A stretch of 63,546 nucleotides of DNA, filler included, from Bigelowiella natans CCMP2755 (taxonomy: Eukaryota; Protista; Cercozoa), in the NCBI GenBank assembly GCA_000320545.1. It is 8 parts of 8 records of this genome, joined end to end, with 100 filler letters (N's around TTAATTAATTAA, not from the genome) between each part and the next. Parts side by side here need not be neighbours in the genome. Positions count along the whole stretch, not along the records: positions 14,355 to 30,114 come from ADNK01002500.1; positions 30,215 to 43,770 come from ADNK01000780.1; 6 more parts are not named here. One strand, given 5' to 3'. Position numbers and translations under genes: made by a program. Position 1 is the stretch's first letter. Each line of letters starts with the position of its first letter. This document shows, piece by piece, positions 24,163-36,903 of this stretch. The notes below the pieces were generated by a model. The model was given only the letters and a program-made list of their open reading frames with translations, did not search any database and had not been told where the DNA came from.

Positions 24163-26130
24163 CTAAAGTTCGTCTTCCACAACTTCAGGAGGATCTTCAA
24201 GAGCATCCTGAAAATTTGAAAAATGGGATGTTGAATCCAGAACGTAACTACTTGAAGAAGACTAGTGGTTAGCACACCTCGTCGTCGTCGCACAGAATGT
24301 CATCAGGAACCTGAACGTTGTTCAAAGGGGGGGGGCATTTAAGAAGAAGAATTGCATATTGAATAGTTACACACTACCTTCTTCCACATCACATCCGACG
24401 AATCCTGGTTTGCATTTCTAGCGTAATATCTAAGTGTGTAAAAGGGGACAGATCAGCTGCATAAAGGCAGATAACTGAAATACTGGATTCTTACGCGAAG
24501 CCGCCTCCAATGAGGCCACAGAAAGTGATGCCCTCCCAGCAAATCATCCTCGCGTTTTCAGACAAGAGACACGCAAGGAAAACGTACGCGACAAAACATC
24601 CAGATCCAAGTATCATCTCCCTGGCGAGAAAGCGGAAGGTGTTAGTTACGAGGAAGCCCCCCCTCTTTCTGATGATACCTAATCACTTCAATATGAGATT
24701 CATTACCTGTTCTTCTCGCTGAAGAAACCGGAGACTGTGAGGTAGAGCCCATATGTTGCAATCAACGGCCCAACCTGTGGATGTTTTCCCTGTGTGAGCT
24801 AATTTACATGAAACACGCCGATGCACGCCGGTATTACCCCACAAAAATGGGAGTCCTGCCGTGCTAATAGCCATGTGAGCATGCCTCCAACCCCTGTGAA
24901 AAACACAATATAGGATGAGAAGGACTATTTTGAATCAGGGAAATACACAATAGAATGAGAAGCGTTATTTGAATGATGGGAGTACACATCATCAACCTGA
25001 GCCAAGGAACGTTAAAACCATTGCCAAGTGTGTGCCGCCCCTCGCCTGAGATTATCACATAGAATTTACAAGATTAGCGACGAAGCGTTTGAAGGGGAGA
25101 TTGAATCGTCATGACCAGGATGTAGAGAATCTGGATTGTGAAAGGAATCATGTTGAAAACGAACATCCTGGAGAACAGCAGAGTTGAGTAATTTTAACAG
25201 GCATCTCAGAACTTGTTAAGCAGATAATAACCCAAATGACTCTTCCACGAGAGGAGACACCAACAAGCCGACGAATCCAATGGGAAAGTCCCTCGGCTTC
25301 AAATCCACATCGTGCAATGCGCCACTAGAGAAGAAGTTTACGAGCTGGAAGAGCTGTTGTTCAATGAAAGGAGGATCATCTCAGCCGCCATTTCAAAAAT
25401 ACTCACTAAGCTGATGCTTCAAATCTATGAGCTTTCAAATCTAGGATGTATACCGTCAGTATAGTGAGAAGGACAGCATACGTTGATATGTGCTCCATTG
25501 CTGCCTCCGCGAGTGTATCTCCGAATAGAAGGCATAAAGCGGAATGGATGAATGACCTGAGAGCCATGCATGTTACAACGCCAGGTATTATTCACCTCTC
25601 CATAATACCCGAACAGCGATGTTCTCTCTACATGTATTGTTACTCAAGTTATAAAATTCATATTCGTCTTCTTCAACGCTTAGTCTAGCGGAGTTTCGAC
25701 CCAGAGGCAGAGGAGCTGAAATGGGTGTTCGACGCCATTATCCGCTGAAGATCGGTGAAAAATTAAGAACAAGCATTTTCTCTAAAATTGCATGCTGTTT
25801 TTGGAATACGTCTAGCAAAATCCGTCGTCCGCTGTGCAGATCCTGCACAATGAATTCCATGTCGCGGTGAGCGGAAAGGCTGCTCGTCAACGGGCGCCTT
25901 CCTTTCAGCAACGACGACATCAAATACACGCAGACGTATCCGCCGAATGGAAGGGGATTTCCTTGTCGTCGGTATTCGAGAGGGAGCACTTCCGGGTTGT
26001 CGTAGCCTCAAAACGGCAGAGGTTTTGTGATTTTCTCGTTGGTGGGAGTAACAGGAGGCCACGTGCTCTGCTCGCTCGTGCTTTCTTGCTGAGTCGACAA
26101 CCCAGAAGAACACCTGCAAGAGCCACCTCT
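24163..26130 (-). CDS. Hypothetical multi-pass membrane protein with acidic C-terminus (...PPEVVEDEL*), 5' end uncertain
   Basis: Successive short hydrophobic exons: SFIHSALCLLFGDTLAEAAMEHISTYAVLLTILT, DFPIGFVGLLW/MFVFNMIPFTIQILYIL, THLAMVLTFLGSG/VGGMLTWLLAR, VGPLIATYGLYLTVSGFF, MILGSGCFVAYVFLACLL. Confidence 0.65.
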
Positions 26131-26343
26131 GCCTCAGCTTCGTTGCAAATGGTGATTCTCTCCCGCCCTTGTTGGCGAACTGTATCCAGATTGGCTTCAG
26201 CGTTATTGAACTTAACTAAAGCGCAAAATGCATCTTCTCAGGGAGTAGACACTTTCAGATCAAGCTTAAAGTTGTGCTATGGGCCGAAGGTAGTAGCAAT
26301 AGTAGCGGTAGCAGCAGCAGCAGCAGCAGTGCCATTGAAAACC

Positions 26344-27309
26344 ATGCTGTGTTGTGGAATCCGGGGAGTCCAGGCTTCAAATGAAGCGTGTTCGCATCTA
26401 GGCACATTTAGAGCTCAAGCAAAAGTCATTTCCGAAGGGCGTGAAAAGGCAATCCATTATAAAAAGAGATTTTTCGCGCACCCGGGTTGATTTATTGTGA
26501 CTCGTCGATTCAGCTGGTACTACCCAAGGAAAACGAATCCCTTGCTATCGGCGCTGCAGTTGTTTATCAGCTTCTTCATATGGTAGATGACACACAGCGA
26601 GAGTTGCTGATGTCGTACCGGCTCCTCTCTCAGCGTGCATGTGTCGATAATATATAACAGGCATTACTTTCTCTGGGGATCGATAGCCTCGTTGATATTA
26701 TTCATCCTGTACTTCTTTGGAGCGATGTCGAAGTAAGTTCCATAATCGATCCGAAACTCTTGCATGAAATGATAGTCTTGTAAGTTTAACATGGGAGAAA
26801 TATGAACAAAACTATCTAATCCAGTCCAGGCGAAACCTGTTACAGTTCAGCGTTTTCCTCATCCCCGTCACGCTATTACCTTCACCGCCACATCATCCTT
26901 GTAATCGTGACAAAATTCTCGTCGTTTATTGCTATCACCATAAACTCAGAGTCACCGTCTACATCGTCGTTATTGCATACTTCGCGCAGCTCTTCTTCTA
27001 CTACCCACAGGTATATCGACAAGAGGGCTTCGTGTAGTTCTCTAGCTGCCGCTCATCATTGCTATTATTGCTTTTGTTAGTATGGGCGTGGTTGGAGCCC
27101 TTATTGGAAGTACATTTTGAACTCTACCATTAGCGATTTTGGCCTTGGGTAAGTGTTATTTATGACAGCCTGAAGCCGTCTGAAAGCGCCCTCTCCACAA
27201 ATGCGCTGCCTGATTGATGATGCAGGGAGACACCCGCCCTGTTATTATATTGTCACAATCACGTTTTCGCAGCCTATTTATAAATTTATATAAATATATA
27301 CAGGCATTA

Positions 27310-27377
<68 letters not shown>

Positions 27378-29925
27378 TGTGTGTTTGCGTCCATATCGCC
27401 CATTATATAATCGATGGAGCATCCTTTTCATACTTCGACAATTGACAGACATCAACATATTGGAAAAGCTTTGTGCCCTTCACATGCACTATGCTTGTAG
27501 TGATACATGCATGCTGCTGCTGCTGCTGCTGCTACTTTGCGCGCGCAAAGTGAAGGACTGCCAAAACGATTTCTCTACTCAATGTTGTCCCTGTTGGTGT
27601 GTGTAGATACTTCGACGCTTGGGTGGTGCAGGAAGCACCTTTAAATCCGAAGAAAAGGTGAATTTATCTGTTAGTATCCATTTATAGTATGTGTGTGTGT
27701 GTGTGTGTGTGTCCGAAAATAGTCTTTCACGTCGGATCGCTTTTGTGTTATATCACAATGCAAATTTTGCATTTGACCACGAGGACTGTGTATTGCCACC
27801 TCCAAACAATCGTTGCGTCCATCTCTGCTGTGGTGCCCTCACCCTTTCCCCACCCCCTTTTTTGTTGTTGTTGTGAAACACTTCCATTTTTCCAAAAAGA
27901 TACATGTTTGGATGGGCCCCGCATGGCCTGTTGGGTGTCTGCAGAATAGGCAGGTTTGTGTTATCGTCATCGTGTATATATCTACTCACTATCGATCATC
28001 ATCATCATTATCATTTGATGCAATCGCTGCTCCGGAACCGAAGCTTTCCTCATTGTGTACTAGTGTAGATGATGTGTTGTGTTTGCCTCGATTCGCAACA
28101 CATATGTTTGCCATACTCGGTCTCGTCGTCATCATCATCATCAGTAGCAGCAGCAGCATCTTTACTATGATATTGAATGTATGCACATATATACATGCAC
28201 ATGTACGTGTATTTATATCATCCCCCTCATCATCATCATCATCATCATCACCATCACCATCATCATCATCATCATTATATTAGTGGTGGAACGTGGTGGC
28301 TGGAGGCGTTTCCTGACATATTTGGGAGATGGGGAAGCTTCGGTATGGCCTTCTACATCCCAGGTGAATGTGACGATACCAAAAAGTAATTACATATATG
28401 ATCGCAAAAACGTACGTCGTGTTCTCCGCCACCACCACCACCACCATCATCATCAATTTGGGTCTTCTTTAACTTCTGCTCGCACCGCGCATTATCTCTT
28501 TATGGCAAAGGTGTGAGAGAGTTTTCTCTGATGGTTGGTGCGTGCGACGCTTCCAAGGTGCGAACACCCAATCCTTTGCTGTCTTCTTCATGAAAGAACC
28601 CTCCTCACCCCGCGGCCGCCATTGCTCATTCGCACAAGTGCTACTACTACTGCACATCTCACTCATTAGGAGACGCTAGCGGGGAGGATCCAAGATGGGG
28701 AGAGCATTCATCTGATTCCAGGTATTAGGAGTTTGAGGAGACTACAAAGGAGTAGAAGCTCGGCCGCTTGTGGCACCATGGAGCGAGTTTCCTTGTCTTC
28801 TTCGAAGAAGAGATGTGATGATGACGAACGCCGAGGATATCAATCAACGCTCTGCTTCCTCTTTATTTCAGGCGGGATTAAGGAGATGATGCTTACCGAT
28901 CAATCATCGACAGATACTCAGGTTTGCTGTACGTGCCCTCCGCCCCCCGTTGTTTACGCAGAGCATTGTGGAAGAGAATCAAGTGCTGATGATCCCGCAA
29001 ATGTACGCAAGAATGGCCCCGGCTTTGCGCAATGAGCAAGTGCCAGCCAGCCGCCAAATGGCTACTCTGCAGTTGTGACGTGCGTCGCAGCTAGGTGTAC
29101 AACATTCAAAACTAACGGTGGGATTCCTGTGTATCAATTGTTCAGCTTGTCCTGAGGAATCGAAATGGATTCATTCGCCTCGCCTGGGAATACGGTGACG
29201 GCTTTTCGCACACATGCTTTGCCATGGATGGTTGACACCACGAGAAGAGGAAGAGGAGGAGGAGGAGGAGGAGGAGGAAGAAGGCACATCAGCAAGCATC
29301 GAACACGATAATTCTCGTGGCCGCCTCGGCCAGCGACTTTGTTGTTGTTGTTGTACATTGAGAATGTTTATCGATGCAGCTTGGGAGTGCCAGCGCGCAT
29401 GATGATCCCCTTCATCTCTTCATTTCTCCATCTCTGCCCCCCCCCCCCCCCCCCCCTGCAACTTGCCGTTTTTGTTTTATTGTTCAGGATTAGATGTCGT
29501 TCCCGTTTTTTGCTTCGGGGAGAAGTGGAATTCAACGCGGGGTAGGCAGATTGCAGGTATGGGGGAATGAGAATGTGCGCACGTGTGTGTTCGTGCACAC
29601 ACACGCACACACAGAGAGAGAGAGAGAGAGAGAGCGAGAGAGGGAGGGGGAGAGAGGGAGGGGGGGGGGAGGATATGTTCATGAATATAATAGGCGTTGG
29701 GGGTGATTCTTGACTGTGAATAGTTCCCACGTGCTGCAGCCCTCATCATCGCCCTCTTTCCTCTTTCTCCTTCACCATTACCCTCTCCTCTTTCTCCTTC
29801 ACCACTACCCTCTTTCCTCTTTCTCCTTCATCATTACCCTCTCCTCTTAAACAAGAAACCGTTGATATATTATCTCAGTGTTACTTCCTGCGTTCCTTCG
29901 AAGAATCATGGCTAGGTTTCGGATG
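26344..29925 (+). CDS. Diacylglycerol/monoacylglycerol acyltransferase, DGAT2 (DAGAT) family, truncated by contig end
   Basis: N-terminal TM exons, then YFDAWVV...KR/YMFGWAPHG (HPHG variant), FYIPG/VREF, SIHLIPG/GIKEM, LVLRNRNGFIRLAWEYG/LDVVPVFCFGE. These are the GGxxE, RxGFxxxA and VPxxxFGE signatures. Confidence 0.92.
29752..29848 (+). repeat. Intronic pyrimidine-rich minisatellite (27-29 bp unit, about 3.4 copies)
   Basis: ccctct(tt)cctctttctccttcaccatta repeated within a DGAT2 intron. Confidence 0.8.
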
Positions 29926-29957
29926 GTACTATGTATAGACAATATAGACTATATATA

Positions 29958-29998
<41 letters not shown>

Positions 29999-30077
29999 TA
30001 TATCATATGTGTGTGTGTTATTTACATTTTCATTTATATATTAATATATTATATGTGTGGGTGTGATTTATATTTTC

Positions 30078-30114
<37 letters not shown>

Positions 30115-30295
30115 NNNNNNNNNNNNNNNNNNNNNNNNNNNNNNNNNNNNNNNNNNNNTTAATTAATTAANNNNNNNNNNNNNNNNNNNNNNNNNNNNNN
30201 NNNNNNNNNNNNNNCCTGCAAGCCCTCCAGTCCACCCCCCCTCCCCCCCCCCCCCTTATCAGCAGCATTATTCTTACAAAGCAGCTACATACTAG

Positions 30296-31609
30296 GTGCA
30301 TCGCTCTCCAGGGTTCATCACGTCAAATCTCCTCGGCAAGCGTGAGGATGGTGTCATGATCAAGGAATATGAGGCCAGCCACGGGTACTTTGTGTGTGGA
30401 TGTGTGTGGTGTGTGTTTATATTATTTATGCAGATTATTCATGAGTGAGAGACAACATTACTACTCATTTTGTGATGGCTATTCGGTCAAGCACCATCCT
30501 TATCATCATCATCATCATCATCATAAAATATTCATCCTTATCATCCTCATTCTCACACATTGATTGCACACGCACACGTACACGTAGCACCGTCGCTGAC
30601 ATGTGGGAGGCTCATCTGCGGGGTGAGGAGACGTCTTTGAATCCCCTGGGAATGGTAGTAGTTGCTGTTCTGTTATGATATTATAGTAGTACAAGGGAGG
30701 TGGGGGAGGGGGGAGGAAAGGCGAATGTCAGGATGAATAGAATACCCTGTTACGATTTATTGCTGCGCTGCTGCTACTACCCTATGACTACTACTACCAC
30801 TATCACGACCTAGGTGGAAGCTCTAATCGGGGCGATGAATCATGCTGCTACTCTGCACGGGGACTCTGGTTATTGACTAGATGATTGCTTGCCTGACGAA
30901 CAACAACGACGAACGATGATGATTGATGATGATGATGATGATGATGATGATGTGATTCATTACAAATGGAGAGCAGGGATAGGTACATGACCCTGCCTGT
31001 AGGTTTCGGCGAAAATATCTTGATTCTTACAACCACTCTGCCTTTCCTATGATGATAATGATGATAATGATGATTGCTATTATTATTATTCGTGTTCTAT
31101 TAGAAACAAAGTCTTCCGTCATGGTCTTCACAGAAACAATGCGGTACTAGAAGAAGCAGTAGTAGTAAATTTTATTGTAGCCTTGCCTCTTTCCCCTCCC
31201 TCCCCTATTATTTCCTCATACCCATCCATCCCAGCACATACATATGTATATTCAACCTTTGCCTATCCTTTCGGAGAAGGATCTTGCTTACTATGGCTTT
31301 CTTCTTGTTCGTCTTGTTTGTTGTGTTGTCGTTGTCTATTGTGGTTTGAAATGATCATTGTCATCATCATTATCTCCATTTTCATCGTTAGTGCCGTCAT
31401 CCATCACTTAATGGTTTCGGGAGAGGGTAAAAATAATATAATGATGATGATGATGATGACGATGTTAAGGTGGGGATATTGGGGGGGGGGGGGGGGGAGA
31501 AGAAGGGAGGCAGATTGTCAAAGGAAAGTTGAATGAGAATAAACTGTCCGTGATCATCATCATCATCATCATCATGTGCTCCTTCCCTTTTCTTTACTGA
31601 TATGAGAAC

Positions 31610-31642
<33 letters not shown>

Positions 31643-32259
31643 GGAACAAGGGATCTTTGCGGTCCTGATGGCCTCACCACTGAGCAATTCGTCGATTGTG
31701 TAGCTGAGGTGCCTCCTTCTATCTCTCCTTCAATTCCAACTCTATGTGCTCGCGCTGTGTGTGATTTTTTGTTTCTTTGTCCTTTTTTCTTCTTCTTCTT
31801 CTTCTTCTTCTTCTTCTTCTTCTTTCTGTTAATATGTTAATGGGATAAAATGTGATCATTCTGCTGCTCAGGCTTTAGAAGTCCGAATGCCTATCACCAC
31901 ACCGGACGTGCACGTGAAAGCGTAATAACGAGACCGCATGCAAAATCACCATACAGTTTCTACCCAGTCGATAAGAAGCGCAAAACCATCCATTTTATTT
32001 CTTTATCACTTCTTATTTTAGATCTTGAACAGCCTCTCTTCGTTTCCCCTCCCCCCCCCCTACCTCGTTTCTATCATCGGTGCCTGTGGTTTTATCATGG
32101 AGAATTGCCTCATCTATATCGTGGTGTGATATTATACAGTTTCGAAGATGAAAGCCAGATCGATATGGAAGCTGTCAAGGCCATGTTTGATGACTTAGAC
32201 AGAGATCAGAGCGGTAAGTAGTATTGCATCAGAAAAATTATACTCATACAAATTCAACT

Positions 32260-32303
<44 letters not shown>

Positions 32304-32498
32304 GGTTATATTGTAACCTGTTATACGAATCTACACATACATAAGACCTGCGTGCGTGTGTGTATGTGCGTGTGTATCTTTGGAGCAGCATGTAAGATGC
32401 TTGTTTTCAAACTGTGTTCGGTTGTTATAGGTGCTATATCTTTCGAAGAGTTTGCCAAGGGAATCAGACGGCTCGGAATTGTTCCTAAGAAGCACGGC

Positions 32499-32504
<6 letters not shown>
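30296..32504 (+). CDS. IDH: Type II isocitrate dehydrogenase, C-terminal half, predicted NAD+-specific, with C-terminal EF-hand
   Basis: Exons VHRSPGFITSNLLGKREDGVMIKEYEASHG/TVADMWEAHLRGEETSLNPLGM/VEALIGAMNHAA, GTRDLCGPDGLTTEQFVD, then AMFDDLDRDQSG/AISFEEF (canonical 12-residue EF loop). Confidence 0.92.
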
Positions 32505-32541
<37 letters not shown>

Positions 32542-33325
32542 GTCGTATAATGCAGGGCAGAACGCTGCGTTGGTTGAATTCTCACAGCGATGAGCTGTAG
32601 ATGCCGTTTTGCTCTCTCTGAGTTCTCACTCACCTGTTGCATACAATTTTACCTGCCTGCCTACCCCAACTCAACTTTTATAGCGATGATGGCCTTATGA
32701 GTGTTTTTCTAGTAATAGGGCTATATGCAATGGTGGTCTAGATGTTATTGATTGTTACAAGGTGTGGCATATAATACTGTGACTCTTCCTTTGGGAGTTG
32801 ATATGCATGCACATATAGCCCATAAATATAATTTACACATGTATTTGCATGCACGTATAAACTACTATTCTATCGGCGATGTTTATGCATGATGAAGATG
32901 GACAATGCCTTGAGCTGCAGACAAGGGACAGAATGTGCACGTTTAAAATAAGAAAGCTGCGCGCTGCTGCAACGCAAGCATTGACAGTAACAGACATTGA
33001 TGTCATATAGTCAGATCAGCATTAGCAAAAACAGAGTCGTGGCCTGTACATTACTACTAAATGCATCGTTTATGATGAGTGTACATATACTAGGGGCGTC
33101 ATTATATTAGCAGACTACGACACTACATAAGAGCATATAGCTAGGGACGTTAAGTACATACTTTACGATTGTCAATATAACAAACATAAGTGTTGGTCGA
33201 CGTCATGCACTTTACGAAGCCGCATATGCACTATCATCACAATAATGTAGAATGTGCATGCTTTGTAGCTCCAGCATGCGGTATATAGCGGTGTATGCTT
33301 TCTTGCAACTACTGACAATGTTTCA

Positions 33326-35215
33326 CTACTCGTTGTTTCCTTTTATTGTTGCACGAGCATAGCGATAAATGGCCAATCCTTCGTTTGCTGCTCTTCGTTT
33401 CACAACCTCCTTCGACTCAAAGCCGTACTGCCATAAATAACAACATTTTAATTTTTTTGTCACCTACAATTTGCTTCTCTCGAGTACAATTACTTTCGCC
33501 ATGATGTGCGATATTTCTTCGGGATCATTTTCCTCCACCTTTTTGCGAAGAAATGCAGATCTCAGCGATGTAAGATGCGATGACTTCCTGCCCCTAGCTT
33601 GCAACCTCTCCCATATCCAGCTCAAAGAGAATATCAAGACACATTGCATCAGATACCGTAACTAAGTATAGCACGCCTTTATCACTTAGGATTGAAGGAA
33701 TGGAGGGCAGTAGCCTGTCTAAGACCTTAAATCATCCAAGTCAAGTTAGATGAGGAATAAAATATTGCATGCAACAATCCTTATTTCAAATTTGGGTTAC
33801 TATACAACCTCTCTGCCTCTGCTCCCTCCTGCCCATGCGGCTGCTAAACCCCCTTCCTTGATTTCCGAAGAGGGTGTCGGAACGTAAGGTGGATTGAACA
33901 GCATCTGTGGGTGGAAATCGAATTAAACACATGCTCCAAGAGGGCTAAAACTGTGCAATGCGTTGCTATTCTCTTTCTTCGTGATTGCTGTTTCCTACCA
34001 GATCAACTTTGTTCTTCAATCGGTGTTTGAAAGGCATCAGCAAGTCGCAAACAACCACATCGCTGTTGCATATCTGTTTGTGGGGCAAGCAGTTCAGTCC
34101 ATGAGTGCAAAGTGCACATCCAAGCATCGGCCAACAGCCGTCACCTTATTGGCGCGCAGAGTCGCTTTGGCCCGAATTGCGGCTTCTGGATTTATATCTA
34201 CGCCAAGAAAGTACCCTACAGCGATTGTATGATGTCGAATATTTGAACCATGCAAAAACACTATGGGCCTCATAGCACTGGCTTGCGACTAACATTGGCT
34301 AACAAATCCTACCTACTGCTAGTAGTTCCAATATCACTGGCCTCCCGCAACATACCACAAAAATTACCTTGGCAAGATAACAGCCTTGCAGCGTGTGCTA
34401 GTACCATCCCAGATCCCACACCAACTTCGACGCACACGATGCTATTGTCATCTCTTGCTGCTGCTTCTATTTCTTCTTCTTCTTCTTCTTGTTTTTCTTC
34501 TTCTTCTTCTTCTTCTTCTTCTTCCGAATGGGCTTTGTTGTTCTTGCTTTCTCCATTGCCTTCTTCCTTTTTCGATGATGACAGAGCATTTGATTTCTTA
34601 ATAGGCGGTAATCGGTATCGCTTTCTCAGGAACGCACAATCAATGTTCAGAGCATCCAACACGAGAAATGTATCCTCCGATGGGCTGAATTTGAATCATA
34701 AATTAGCACCATGACATTTCGTGCAACAGCATATTGATAGTGATGCAGCAATTGGTCAATACCTGTAAACATGCTTGAAATCCTCGGAGGTAAGATGAGA
34801 GATATCTTTGAAGATTACATAGATGACCAAATAGATAAGGATTGGCGGAAAAGGATGATCGGCAGTAAAGATATACTGTGACTATTCACCTGGATCTTCT
34901 ATTGGTTTTGCTGGCGCAAGCTTGCGAACACGGGGCTGCTGCTTCTTATTTTCGGTGACGACAGGAGTCATCTTTTCACCTCCATTGCCTAAAATCGGTG
35001 GCAGTCCTGATCACTATCCAAACAGAAGTAAATCAAAGCGTGCAGGCGTTACCCTGACCCGGAGGGACTTTCTCACGGGAGTCTTCTCCTTCATCAGAAT
35101 CAGAAAAGATCCCATCACATCCATCGTCCTCCTCCTCCTCGTCGATTTCCTCCTGCTTCAATATCTCTAAACCTTCATCTTCATCCTCCCCGTGCGCTCG
35201 AATCGCATCCGCCAT
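33326..35215 (-). CDS. N6AMT1: N6AMT1/HEMK2/Mtq2 (eRF1 glutamine) methyltransferase with acidic N-terminal extension
   Basis: [26 protein letters not shown] motif [44 protein letters not shown] and [12 protein letters not shown]. Confidence 0.93.
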
Positions 35216-35528
35216 TCCACGCTCGGGTGACGGGCGACGCCAGCTCGGCTCGGCGGTGAGGGTAGATTGTTGTGTGTGTTTTGAAAATTCAAAATTCTAT
35301 TTACTGGTGAAATCACCTACCAATTTTTGACAGATAGAATTTATCGCTAGATAATTATCTGTGGTTATTTCTCGGGTAAAACATAAACGAAATCGTCGAA
35401 ACGTCCTCATGGAAAATAGTTTCTTTTCGCCTCTGCGACATGATGAAAATGATGTCGCTCGTGTCATTTGTCGATGTTGTTGTCGTTCACTGTACCAACG
35501 GACCACTACTCACAACGCCTATTCGAAC

Positions 35529-36076
35529 ATGTTCTTGCGTAGAGCAGCCACGGGGGGAGCACGCAGGATCTCAAGCCTGAGACGAATATCTGCAAAGCCC
35601 ATCACCAACATTCGTTCTTCATCTTCAAGTTTTGTCCTCTCTTCGAATTCGACGTTTGCTGGCGCTGTTGCATCCCTGAATGTGATGCAATCGGCTGCAA
35701 CTACCTCCACCGGAAGAGCTATGGGGTATGATGTGACGTAAGCTACCACGGTCCATTAAATGATCTTGAGATTGGTTGCTATTTTAGGTGTGGAGCAACG
35801 GGGGCTTGTAGCGTGCTCAGCCCTCTTGAGTCGAGCTTTGATTTTAGCCTTCAAATAGACGATGATGGTGAAATGAAATCATACTATGCCACAAAGCTTT
35901 ATCTGAGCCATTTTTGATGTCTAAATATGCTCGCTTATATTTGTCCAATTTTGGAATAATTTTTTTCGTTCACCCCGTTTCTTTGTATTTCTGCATAAGA
36001 TTTGCAATTTGTTTCATACTCTAGTACTTTTGATGCTGAAGATGATGACACAATATATATTCTTGAAGGTCGTTAA
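35529..36076 (+). CDS. Small (about 100 aa) putative mitochondrion-targeted protein
   Basis: Exon 1 MFLRRAATGGARRISSLRRISAKPITNIRSSSSSF... is R/S/A-rich with no acidic residues. Donor GTAAGC. Exon 2 reads CGATGACSVLSPLESSFDFSLQIDDD. A probable micro last exon gives GR*. The 3' structure is uncertain. Confidence 0.55.
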
Positions 36077-36903
36077 CGGCACCTTATCCAGCATGGTTAT
36101 CAACGAGCTAATTGAGAAGTATACATGGATGAATAGCTTTGAGAATTTTCCCCTGAATATTTAATGTAAATTCATCATAAAGCAAATCTTCCAGGATTAT
36201 TTTCATTCGACGTCCTCACGCCACATGCCGATGGTCGTATGAGCAGAAACAAAGATAATGCATAAGCTGTATATCGGCAATGTGATAAACATAAATGGCT
36301 GCATTAGATTACTGCATGAATGTATAAAAAGCACACGTGCACCATGTATCGCGTAGTGTCACGCGCTAGATTTACAATTATCACCTAGGTGGTAGGTACT
36401 ATATGAGACGGATGTAATGAAATAACTATATTTTTTCAATGGTCTTTAGGTCATCCTGAAAGCTATGACATATGCTATTGCTGTTACATATATAACTCTT
36501 AGCATACAACACTCTATCAGTTGTGCGTATGTACGTACACTCATGTATGTATTACACCCAATGCAAAATGTTCAGCCAAAAATATGCATGCATACTAAAT
36601 GTTTCTGACGCCCATACGCACGATACACAGCCACACGTGCGCAACCACAGCATGTATACACATATGTCGATTTATGTTTATTATGATCGCTATAGTTATG
36701 TATAAATGTACATATACGTGTCCATATATGTAGCTCTACGTATGCGTTTGTACTCGTGCAAGATATACAAGCTGTTACATCTATTTATTACATGTTTTCT
36801 ATGGTAGTAATTAGCTGAAGCACAACATTATGCAAATTTCAAGTTGGGACTATTTTATACCTAGTGGCAACATAACGGTGTCTCACTAGTAGGCAATTTT
36901 GTG

